A stretch of DNA of 59,718 nucleotides, the filler included. It is 7 parts of 7 records of this genome, joined end to end, with 100 filler letters (N's around TTAATTAATTAA, not from the genome) between each part and the next. Parts side by side here need not be neighbours in the genome. Positions count along the whole stretch, not along the records: positions 7,632 to 29,041 come from SRR20825006_2048; 6 more parts are not named here. One strand, given 5' to 3'. Below the pieces are notes generated by a model that was given only the letters and a program-made list of their open reading frames with translations, did not search any database and was not told the origin of the DNA. This document shows, piece by piece, positions 11,224 through 18,909 of the stretch (positions are counted from its first letter, which is position 1; each line of letters begins with the position of its first letter). A program made the translations under genes and the position numbers.

Positions 11224-12002
11224 TGACACAACCGACAGGCAGTAACCGTTCTTCGCAGCCGCGTATTCACGATGAATGGCAGGCGTTCTGGCTGGCGGTG
11301 GGGTTTCTGACCCGCGTGCCCATGCTGGTGCGCATTGATTACAGCCAGGCACTGATGAACCGTTCCGGCGTGTATTTTCCGCTGGTGGGTTTGCTGCTGG
11401 GTGTGTTTTACGCGGGGCTGTTCGTGGTAGTGGATAGCTACTGGCACACCGGTATCAGTGTGGCACTGGTGCTGGCGTTCCACCTGTGGATCACCGGGGC
11501 TTTCCACGAAGACGGACTGGCAGACAGTGTGGATGCGCTGGGTGGTGGTTATACCGTGGCACGCCGTCTGGCAATCATGAAGGACAGCCGTATCGGCACC
11601 TATGGGGCGGTGGCGTTGATCATGGCGCTGGGTTTAAAAGGATTGTTGCTGGCGGACGCGAATCCCGTTTGGCTGGCCCTGTTGCTGAGCCCGGTAATCA
11701 GCCGTTTAACGCCGCTGTGGTTGATGCGGTTTCTGCCGTATGTGACGGACCCGGACACCAGTAAAAGCAAACCGGTTGCAGAAGGCTTCAGCGCAAAACG
11801 CCTGGCTGCCGCTACCGCGATGACGGTGACAGTAGCTGCCCTGGCGGGGGCGTTGGTGCCTGCACTGTTATCTGTTGCGCTGGTAGCGTTGCTGTGGGGT
11901 GGGTATCTGTGGCGGCAGTTGCGGGGGTATACCGGCGATGCGTTGGGCGCTAGCGTGATTCTGGCGGAGCTGGTGTTCCTGTTAGCGTTGGTGGCCGCGT
12001 AA
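11223..12002 (+). CDS. cobS: Adenosylcobinamide-GDP ribazoletransferase (cobalamin synthase)
   Basis: FLTRVP, TGAFHEDGLADSVDALGG, IMKDSRIGTYG, GYTGDALGA. Confidence 0.94.
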   Translation: MTQPTGSNRSSQPRIHDEWQAFWLAVGFLTRVPMLVRIDYSQALMNRSGVYFPLVGLLLGVFYAGLFVVVDSYWHTGISVALVLAFHLWITGAFHEDGLADSVDALGGGYTVARRLAIMKDSRIGTYGAVALIMALGLKGLLLADANPVWLALLLSPVISRLTPLWLMRFLPYVTDPDTSKSKPVAEGFSAKRLAAATAMTVTVAALAGALVPALLSVALVALLWGGYLWRQLRGYTGDALGASVILAELVFLLALVAA

Positions 12003-12013
12003 GCGAGGGAAAA

Positions 12014-12108
12014 AGTTGCGAGTTTCGAGAAGCGAGTCCCGAAAGGCAAAAACATGCGTGCCTGGTTATTTTGCTCTTCGCTCTTCGAAACTCGCTTCTC
12101 ATAACTCG
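12014..12108. repeat. Convergent heptamer arrays forming an imperfect inverted repeat
   Basis: AGTTGCG AGTTTCG AGAAGCG AGTCCCG ... CGCTCTT CGAAACT CGCTTCT CATAACT between two convergent stop codons. Confidence 0.75.
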
Positions 12109-12921
12109 TTACTGCTGTGGCAAATACTGCCCGCGCACAATGCCTTCCAGCTCCGCATAGGGGATCGTCAGGGTGGGCTGGCCCATGGCGTAGGGCGCGA
12201 TGTGGTACACGTTATATTGCAGCACTACACCCTTGTCATTGAAGAAGATGTTATCGGTCTTGTCGAACGGCCAGCTGTCACGGAAAGTCTGGTCCAGGTT
12301 TTCCTCATCCAGCCAGGCCGTGTGCTGTTCGCTGGCCTTTTCCCAGAAGGCTGACTGCTGACCGGGTACCAGCAGGTCGTCCAGTTTCACGCTTTGCTGT
12401 TTGGCCAAATCCCAATGGAAATACTGCACGCTGGGTAACCCGTGGGCGCCCCCGGTGTATTCGTAGGTTTCCATGGACAGGCTTACCAAATCGCCGCGAC
12501 GGCCTTGCTTCTTCACAGTGGCACTGAGTTCCCAGCCCTGCTCGGAGGCCATGGCCATGTCGGACGCATCTTGCAAAAACGCATCGGCCAGGCCTTCGAT
12601 GGTGCCATCGTGGGTCGCGTTGCCTTCATCCTGAATCAGCATGGCGGCCAGGTGCTGGGTGATGGCCTCGTTCAGCTCCGGCTGGTTCTCGAAGGTAAGC
12701 CATTGCAGGTCCACTTTCGGGCAGCCGTCAGCGTCACATTGTTTGTCGGTTTTATTCAGGGTATGGACGATGCGCACCAGCGTTTCCGGGGCGGCACCGG
12801 CTTGTGCAGTGTCGCTCTTGGCGGTGGTGGCAGGTTTGTCAGCGGGTTTTGCTGGCGCGTCCGGGTCGTCACAGCCTGCCAGCAGCGCGGTGGCGAGCAG
12901 GAGCAAAAGTGTCATACGCAT
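12109..12921 (-). CDS. DUF3298/RsiV-like lipoprotein
   Basis: Lipobox LLAGC; YEYTGGAHG and YNVYHIAPYAMGQP motifs. Confidence 0.85.
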   Translation of the reverse strand: MRMTLLLLLATALLAGCDDPDAPAKPADKPATTAKSDTAQAGAAPETLVRIVHTLNKTDKQCDADGCPKVDLQWLTFENQPELNEAITQHLAAMLIQDEGNATHDGTIEGLADAFLQDASDMAMASEQGWELSATVKKQGRRGDLVSLSMETYEYTGGAHGLPSVQYFHWDLAKQQSVKLDDLLVPGQQSAFWEKASEQHTAWLDEENLDQTFRDSWPFDKTDNIFFNDKGVVLQYNVYHIAPYAMGQPTLTIPYAELEGIVRGQYLPQQ

Positions 12922-13144
12922 GGCAAACCCTTCCTGAAATCAATGAGAACGAATGGGGGCATTTAACGGCAGCCACCGCCCCGGTTCAAGGTGTAATGAG
13001 ATCACTTGGCTGCAGCGTTCTGCACAGAGGCTCCTTAATTTAGCGTCAGGCATCAGGCGTTGAGCGTGTGGTACTCGACAAGGTGGCTTTTGCAATCCGG
13101 CGGGCCTATCCTGCCGTTTTTCAGAATCAATCGGGAGAATCACC

Positions 13145-13591
13145 ATGAGTTTCTGGACCGTTTACCTTTCCGGGGAAATTCACACCGACTGGCGCGAGCG
13201 CATTGTTGAGGGCTGTGCCGACAAAGAGCTGGATATCGAATTCAGCGCGCCGGTGACGGACCACGAAGCCAGTGACAAGGTGGGGGTGAATATTCTCGGT
13301 GCAGAAGAGAAGCGTTTTTGGGAAGACCGTCTCGGGGCGGGCATCAACGGTATTCGTACGCGAAAGCTGATTGATGAGGCGGACCTTGTGGTGGTGCGTT
13401 TTGGCCCCAAGTATAAGCAATGGAATGCGGCATTTGATGCCGGCTACACGGCGGCTTTGGGCACGCCGATGATCATTTTGCACGATGAAGAGCATGATCA
13501 TCCGTTGAAAGAGGTGGATGCCGCCGCCGATGCGGTAGCGCGCACCCCGGAGCAGGTGGTGGAGATGCTGGCGTATATTCTCAACGCATGA
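13145..13591 (+). CDS. YtoQ family protein (nucleoside 2-deoxyribosyltransferase-like)
   Basis: VYLSGEIHTDWRE, KYKQWNAAFDAG, HPLKEVDAAA. Confidence 0.88.
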   Translation: MSFWTVYLSGEIHTDWRERIVEGCADKELDIEFSAPVTDHEASDKVGVNILGAEEKRFWEDRLGAGINGIRTRKLIDEADLVVVRFGPKYKQWNAAFDAGYTAALGTPMIILHDEEHDHPLKEVDAAADAVARTPEQVVEMLAYILNA

Positions 13592-13599
13592 ATTCCCCG

Positions 13600-13637
13600 G
13601 TAAAACGGGGCTTACGGCCCCGTTTTACGGCTTTTTG
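13600..13637 (+). terminator. Intrinsic terminator after YtoQ gene
   Basis: GTAAAACGGGGC-TTACG-GCCCCGTTTTAC followed by GGCTTTTT. Confidence 0.7.
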
Positions 13638-13731
13638 CATCATCGGGGGAGCGTTTTGCCGTCTGACTTGTCACATTCCAGTACAGGCATAGCCAGATTT
13701 GGCACAAAAGGCAGAACGAGGAGTTGTCCCG

Positions 13732-14196
13732 ATGACACACCGATTATTGGCCGCCGCCACCCTGATGTTGGTCACCACCGCCACGGCGTGGGCTGAGACC
13801 GAAGGCGTTCCCAACGTGAAAACGCCGGAACCGGAAAAAGTGGAAACCCAGATGGAAGAAACCCTGGACGATATCCAGAGTTATTCCGTAGAACAGAAGA
13901 ACCAGGCCATGCGCGTGGCTCGCCATGCCATCGATGATCTGGATCAGCAAATTACCCTGCTACAGGGTGATATCAACAGCCAGTGGCGCGATCTGTCCCA
14001 GGACGCACGCCTGCACAAGCAGGATGCGCTCACCGCGCTGAAAGAGCAGCAGGCCCAGCTGGAAACCCGTTATCAGGCCTTGCAGAATGCGGGTGAGGAC
14101 AATTGGGATGCGGCCAAGGTAAAATTTCAGCAAAGCTGGGAGGCCGCCAAGCAGGGCTGGCAAAGCCTGACGGCGCCCGCGCCGGAACAGGAATAG
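13732..14196 (+). CDS. Secreted coiled-coil hypothetical protein
   Basis: Signal peptide (AWA), amphipathic helices, ALQNAGEDNWDAAK; GAGGAG RBS. Confidence 0.75.
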   Translation: MTHRLLAAATLMLVTTATAWAETEGVPNVKTPEPEKVETQMEETLDDIQSYSVEQKNQAMRVARHAIDDLDQQITLLQGDINSQWRDLSQDARLHKQDALTALKEQQAQLETRYQALQNAGEDNWDAAKVKFQQSWEAAKQGWQSLTAPAPEQE

Positions 14197-14299
14197 CGCC
14201 CTTTACCCATTGCGGCAGGCACAATGACGTGTCTGATCGTGCGCCGTGCGAATCGACACCGACGCACAAGGCAGGCACCACAGGGACGGGAGACGGACC

Positions 14300-14662
14300 A
14301 TGCTGACGTTGATTCCTTTTGATGACGACCGGGTTGTGGGTGCACGTATCTCCGGCAAGATCACCCGCGAAGAATTCGATTCTGTGACCACGGCGCTGGA
14401 AGCCGCGCTGCAAAAACATGAAACGGTACGTTTCTATGCAGAGATGGAAACCTTTGGCGGGGTGTCCATGGATGTATTGTTTCAGGATCTGAAGTTCGGT
14501 CTTGCCCACTGGAAGCATTTCGACCGCGAAGCCGTGGTCACAGATAAGGACTGGATGCGCCGCCTGTCGGTGCTGGCAGACAAGCTGCTGCCGTCCATTG
14601 AGGTGAAGGTGTTCCCCAGTGATGACGCCGACGCTGCCAAAGCCTGGATCTGCGAACCCTGA
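14300..14662 (+). CDS. STAS/SEC14 (SpoIIAA-like) domain protein
   Basis: ISGKITREE...DLKFGLAHWKHFDREAVVTDKDW...AKAWI. Confidence 0.85.
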   Translation: MLTLIPFDDDRVVGARISGKITREEFDSVTTALEAALQKHETVRFYAEMETFGGVSMDVLFQDLKFGLAHWKHFDREAVVTDKDWMRRLSVLADKLLPSIEVKVFPSDDADAAKAWICEP

Positions 14663-14665
14663 TCC

Positions 14666-15103
14666 TTACCTTTCCCGGTCGAGCAATTGCTCCAGATGTG
14701 TCAGGCAAAACTGGTACATCCGGGTGGCGCTTTGCCGGGCTTTCTCCACTTTTTCCTCTGGCGCATTGCCGGCGTCGAAATCAGCCTGCCAGCGCACAAT
14801 GCAGCCAACGGCGGTCTTGGTGATGCTGACTGTGGCGGTAAAGTTGGCCCGTTGGTCCACGCCGGGGCCTTGCAGAATGCGGTAGGAAAATTGCCGTGCC
14901 GCCGGGTCCAGCGCCACCAGTTCTTCTACCACCTGGCTGCCGTCTGCCACGGTGACGGTGCGCACCGCACCGATGCCTTCGCCTTGCACCTGGCAAGCTG
15001 TGACGCCGGGTAACCAGCTCTGTAAATCGCCGAAACCGTGGATCCGCTGCCAGACGCTGTCGGCGCTGAACCGGTAGTCCTGTTGTACATCGATGGCACT
15101 CAT
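14666..15103 (-). CDS. SRPBCC (polyketide cyclase/MxaD-like) protein
   Basis: ADSVWQRIHGFGDLQSWLPGV...GIGAVRTV...EELVALD. Confidence 0.85.
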   Translation of the reverse strand: MSAIDVQQDYRFSADSVWQRIHGFGDLQSWLPGVTACQVQGEGIGAVRTVTVADGSQVVEELVALDPAARQFSYRILQGPGVDQRANFTATVSITKTAVGCIVRWQADFDAGNAPEEKVEKARQSATRMYQFCLTHLEQLLDRER

Positions 15104-15148
15104 GGTGGCTCCTGTGTCGGGCTATCTGCGGGTGCGTTTGCCAGGCGG

Positions 15149-16036
15149 CTAGCGCTGCAGGCGCAGACGCTGCTGCAGAAATTGTTCGAAGGAGGTGAGG
15201 AACGGGAATTGCTCGCGGACCGGGTCCAGCGGAAATTGCCAGCCCACGGTGTTATTCCACACGTATTGCCGGGCCGCTTCCGCATTGGTCAGCCGCAAGG
15301 CCCACAAGGGAATCTTGAAGGGCAGCGGGCGCTTGCCGGATGCGCGCCGGTAGACGGTCTGCATTTCCGAAACCGTCAGCGCATCGCTGGCCAGGTCGAC
15401 AATTTCTCCCAGGAAAGTATCGGGTTGAGCGAAAATTTCGGCGCTGGCGCGGGCAATGTCGTCCACGGTGACCATGTGAAAACGGGTATCCGGTTTCAGG
15501 CAGCCGGCCAGAGTGGCGAGCACCAGTGCCGGGTTGACGGCTTTCTTGCCACTGTTGCCCATGACGGGCTCGAAAAAATTCTCCATAAAGAACACTTCGC
15601 GCAGAAAGGTGCTGGGTAGCCCGAGGTCGCGAATGTGTTTTTCAATTTCCCATTTGCTACGGAAGTGCAGCACGTCGCCGGCTTCTTCGCAGCCGGCCAC
15701 GGAGGTTTGCACGAAGTGTTGCACGCCGGCCTGGTGGGCCGCATCCGCCAGGCGTTTGCCCTGAGCCACTTCCCGCTCGTACCCGACGCCCTTTTCCCAG
15801 AAATTCTGCACCGCAAAAACGCCATAACAGTCGCTGCAGGCCTGGGCTAGTGACGGGACATCATCCAGGTCGCCAACGATCACGTCCACGCCCCGGCCTG
15901 CCAGCGCCTGGGCGGCGGGTTTGCCCGGGTTGCGGGTCAGCGCGCGTACGGGGAAGCCCTTGTCGAGCAGGTGCGGGATCAAGGCGCCCCCCTGGGCTCC
16001 GGTGGCGCCGGTAACAAGAATGGTTGGTGCGGTCAT
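15149..16036 (-). CDS. NmrA/HSCARG family NAD(P)-binding protein
   Basis: ILVTGATGAQGG, HFRSKWEIEKHI, FFMENF. Confidence 0.9.
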   Translation of the reverse strand: MTAPTILVTGATGAQGGALIPHLLDKGFPVRALTRNPGKPAAQALAGRGVDVIVGDLDDVPSLAQACSDCYGVFAVQNFWEKGVGYEREVAQGKRLADAAHQAGVQHFVQTSVAGCEEAGDVLHFRSKWEIEKHIRDLGLPSTFLREVFFMENFFEPVMGNSGKKAVNPALVLATLAGCLKPDTRFHMVTVDDIARASAEIFAQPDTFLGEIVDLASDALTVSEMQTVYRRASGKRPLPFKIPLWALRLTNAEAARQYVWNNTVGWQFPLDPVREQFPFLTSFEQFLQQRLRLQR

Positions 16037-16155
16037 GGGATAAGCTGCTCCGAAACTCATCAGTTCTGAGCGATGATAGGGGCGTGGCTGAGTGCCACAA
16101 TGACCGAAAGCATCAGTGCGGGGCAGAAATGGCCAAAAGACAGGGGCGTTGCGCG

Positions 16156-16413
16156 TTACGCGGGCAGGAAACCGTTAGAGGGTGAGAGGGTGACAGGCCA
16201 TTGGCGAGCGGAGGAAGGGCCGTGTGGCCCTTCCTCACCGGTGGTGTGTGTATCGTCTTGGCGGTCATTTTGCCAGTCGTCATACTCGTTCAGCGCCTGG
16301 CGGGTCGCCATGCGTGGTCGCAGCGTGTTGCGCGCTTCCTGGTGAACGCCGCCTTTACGCATCAGCGGGTCCATGGCTGCCCAGTTGCGCAGCGGTTTGG
16401 GGCCTTTTGCCAT
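16156..16413 (-). CDS. Small protein (85 aa) with basic N-terminus; candidate ribosome-associated/rescue factor
   Basis: GAGGA RBS then MAKGPKPLRNWAAMDPLMRKGGVHQEARNTLRPR...; ORF well supported, function inferred. Confidence 0.7.
   Translation of the reverse strand: MAKGPKPLRNWAAMDPLMRKGGVHQEARNTLRPRMATRQALNEYDDWQNDRQDDTHTTGEEGPHGPSSARQWPVTLSPSNGFLPA
16211..16236 (-). other. Perfect 11-bp hairpin inside the small ORF (codons ~60-68)
   Basis: GAGGAAGGGCC-ACAC-GGCCCTTCCTC on the minus strand. Confidence 0.8.
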
Positions 16414-16478
16414 TGAGACATCCTCAGTGTTGGCAGGGATGGGTGTTGTGGTGGTGTGGGTAATGTGCTGACGCACAT

Positions 16479-16511
16479 AAAAAAACCCTGATGAGCGCAC
16501 TCATCAGGGTT
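16479..16511 (-). terminator. Intrinsic terminator/attenuator in the 5' leader of the small ORF
   Basis: Minus strand AACCCTGATGAG-TGCG-CTCATCAGGG followed by a T7 run, 66 nt before the ATG. Confidence 0.85.
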
Positions 16512-16541
16512 CAGTTGGCTGCACTGTGCCTGAAGGCGATC

Positions 16542-16586
16542 TCAGTTGTCGGGATAGAGCTTTAACACTGTCATCACTCGCTTCAT
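16542..16586 (-). CDS. Putative leader peptide MKRVMTVLKLYPDN
   Basis: ATG AAG CGA GTG ATG ACA GTG TTA AAG CTC TAT CCC GAC AAC TGA, ending 30 nt before the terminator stem; no clear SD. Confidence 0.55.
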   Translation of the reverse strand: MKRVMTVLKLYPDN

Positions 16587-16619
16587 GTTGTGCACGGCGT
16601 GCGGCCGGTGGGTGTGTGA

Positions 16620-16656
16620 GGCGCGCGATCATACGACCGTCCAGGGCGCTGCGCTA
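16620..16656 (-). promoter_or_regulatory. Putative sigma70 promoter with GC-rich discriminator
   Basis: Minus strand TAGCGC-N17-TATGAT-CGCGCGCC upstream of the leader ORF. Confidence 0.5.
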
Positions 16657-16828
16657 GTGGGTAGATAAAAAATATTTTCGGCGACGTAGGGGCCGGATTA
16701 TCGCCTTGGGGCCCTGGTGACGCCTCGCCAGTGGTGCGAAACAAGAAAACCGGGCAGTCTGGGCATCTGCCGGGTCAGAAGAGCGCAATAGCGCCGGTGA
16801 CGGCCCATGGATTTTCAGGGGGGAGTAC

Positions 16829-17920
16829 ATGCCGACCATTCCATTGGGGCAGCGGATCAAGATTAGCCTGTCCGCCATTGTCTGTTTTGTTGTTGTCATT
16901 GCCTTTTTGCTCAGCCTGCCGGTGCTGTTCAGCATCTCTATGTGGGTGTTGCTGGCGATTTCGGTGTTGGCCCTGTTGTTGGGGCTGCTGCTGAACGGTG
17001 CGTTGCGCGTGCTGTTCGGCAAAAAGAAAAACCGCAGCGTGTTCAAATCCGTGGGCGTGTTTTTCTGCCTGCTAACCATCGCTACGGCGTTGCCTGTTTA
17101 CTATCTTGTCTACAAGGTGCAGGTCGATCCGCCGTTACTGCCCCAGGCCACCTTGAGCAACGGCGAGAAAGTGGTGGTTTTTCAGGGCATGGTGCATGTG
17201 GGCATGGAGAGTTTCTATAAATCGGTGGTCTATGATCTGGAAGAAGCCCTCAGTGACGGCTATCGGTTGTATTACGAAGGCGTGCAGCCTTCGCCAGGAG
17301 AAGGTGACGCCTGGTTTGCCGAACAACTTGCCGGTGGCGGTGACCTGGCGGAAAACTACAAAGCCCTGGCAGATGCCTGTGGGGTAAAATTTCAAACCGA
17401 TTATTTTGGGTTGATGGCACTGGATGCGCAGCAGCGTCCAGAGCGTCATGTGGCGGCAGATGTCACCAGCCTGGAAATGAAACAGGAATACGATCGGCTG
17501 ATGGCCACGGACCCGACGTTCGCCGAGCAGCAGGCTAACCGGGACACGTCTTCCTTCACGGATACCGCCGATCCGGTGGCGGTGTTGTTGGATTGGCATG
17601 CGTCTGCCACCGATGAACAGAAAAAACTGATCGGTATTTTGTGTCGCGGTGCTTTTGCCATTGCGCTGGGGGATCAGAGCGAGCATGAACCCGGGCCGCT
17701 GGATAAAGTCATTCTCGATTTCCGTAACCGGAAGCTGGCGCAGCGAATTCTGGCTGATGACAGCCAGCGCCTTTATATCACCTACGGTGCTGCCCATTTG
17801 CCGGGCGTGCTGGCCACGCTGCAAGCCGCTGACCCGGCTTGGCAGATCATTACTGTGAAATGGATGCGGGGTATGGCGGCCCCTGAACATCTTGAAGGTA
17901 CGCTGCCGCCCATGCCGTAG
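16829..17920 (+). CDS. Membrane-anchored protein with TraB/GumN-like domain
   Basis: Three N-terminal TM segments; GMVH, YYEG, DFRN, YGAAHLPG motifs in the TraB/GumN pattern. Confidence 0.6.
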   Translation: MPTIPLGQRIKISLSAIVCFVVVIAFLLSLPVLFSISMWVLLAISVLALLLGLLLNGALRVLFGKKKNRSVFKSVGVFFCLLTIATALPVYYLVYKVQVDPPLLPQATLSNGEKVVVFQGMVHVGMESFYKSVVYDLEEALSDGYRLYYEGVQPSPGEGDAWFAEQLAGGGDLAENYKALADACGVKFQTDYFGLMALDAQQRPERHVAADVTSLEMKQEYDRLMATDPTFAEQQANRDTSSFTDTADPVAVLLDWHASATDEQKKLIGILCRGAFAIALGDQSEHEPGPLDKVILDFRNRKLAQRILADDSQRLYITYGAAHLPGVLATLQAADPAWQIITVKWMRGMAAPEHLEGTLPPMP

Positions 17921-17978
17921 TGAGGAAGGCAGGGCGGTGCGAATATTGATTTCATGCAGACAACAGGATGTACAAAGA

Positions 17979-18761
17979 ATGATGAAACGAATGGGATGGA
18001 TTCTGGTGCTGGCGGTGGGCCTGCTGGCTGGCTGCAGCAGTAATGGACATGGCGAGCTGGAAGGCGAAGCCTTGCGGGTGGGTGTCATGCCCGATTATCC
18101 GCCGCTGGTATTTCGTGAAGCTGGCAAGGTGGTGGGGCTGGAGCGGGATTTTGCCGAGCAGTTATCGCAGGATCTGGAACGCCCTCTCTCGCTGCATGAA
18201 TACACGCAATTAAGTGATTTGTTCGCGGCCCTGAAGAAGAATGAAATCGATATCATCATGTCTGGCATTTCCATAACGCCTGCCCGCCAGAAGGCGTTTG
18301 CATTCAGTTTGCCTTATACCACCATTGGACAGATGGCGATGATCCGTCTCGACGATGCTGCCCGGTTGGCCACGCCCGGCGCCTTGTTTACCGGGCAGTA
18401 CCGGGTGGGTTACAAAAATGGCACCACCGGTGAGGCGTTCGTGAAAGAGACCATCGACGCACAAACCCGGGGATTTAATAGCAGTACAGAAGCCACGGCA
18501 GCCTTGGTGGAGGGTGAAATCGATGCGTTCATTCACGATGCGCCCACGGTCTGGAACCTGGCCAACAAGCGCGAGTACCCGGTGAAACTGTTGGGGTTGT
18601 ACAAACCGCTCACCAAGGAACAGCTGGCGTGGGTGATGCGCAAGGATGACAGTGAGCTGACGCAGCAAGTGGATGCGGCGCTAAAAAACTGGGTGAATAA
18701 CGGTTTTCTGATGCAGACCAAAACCCAATGGATTCCGGTGAAAATTCTTTCCGGGCAGTAA
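17979..18761 (+). CDS. Polar amino acid ABC transporter substrate-binding lipoprotein (SBP family 3)
   Basis: Lipobox LLAGC; LRVGVMPDYPP, IDIIMSGISITPARQ, FSLPY. Confidence 0.88.
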   Translation: MMKRMGWILVLAVGLLAGCSSNGHGELEGEALRVGVMPDYPPLVFREAGKVVGLERDFAEQLSQDLERPLSLHEYTQLSDLFAALKKNEIDIIMSGISITPARQKAFAFSLPYTTIGQMAMIRLDDAARLATPGALFTGQYRVGYKNGTTGEAFVKETIDAQTRGFNSSTEATAALVEGEIDAFIHDAPTVWNLANKREYPVKLLGLYKPLTKEQLAWVMRKDDSELTQQVDAALKNWVNNGFLMQTKTQWIPVKILSGQ

Positions 18762-18817
18762 GACGCCGACGTTTATGTGAAACCTTTTTGTGGGCGTTCT
18801 CTGTGTCATTTGACTAT

Positions 18818-18877
18818 GCCTGCAAGCGATTTCCTCCAGTCTGGTGAATATCGCTTGCAGGCAAGCTCAGCTCCCAC
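18818..18877. repeat. REP-like inverted doublet (GCCTGCAAGCGAT family)
   Basis: GCCTGCAAGCGAT ... ATCGCTTGCAGGCAAGCTCAGCTCCCAC; the same core recurs near 23104 and 26025. Confidence 0.75.
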
Positions 18878-18909
18878 CGCCGAATTTGGCAAGAGGGGCA
18901 ACGGCTGAC

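Noticed and set aside
16156-16413. Naming the small ORF arfA
   Set aside because: Lacks the ArfA KGKGSY motif; the resemblance is architectural only, so no gene symbol is given
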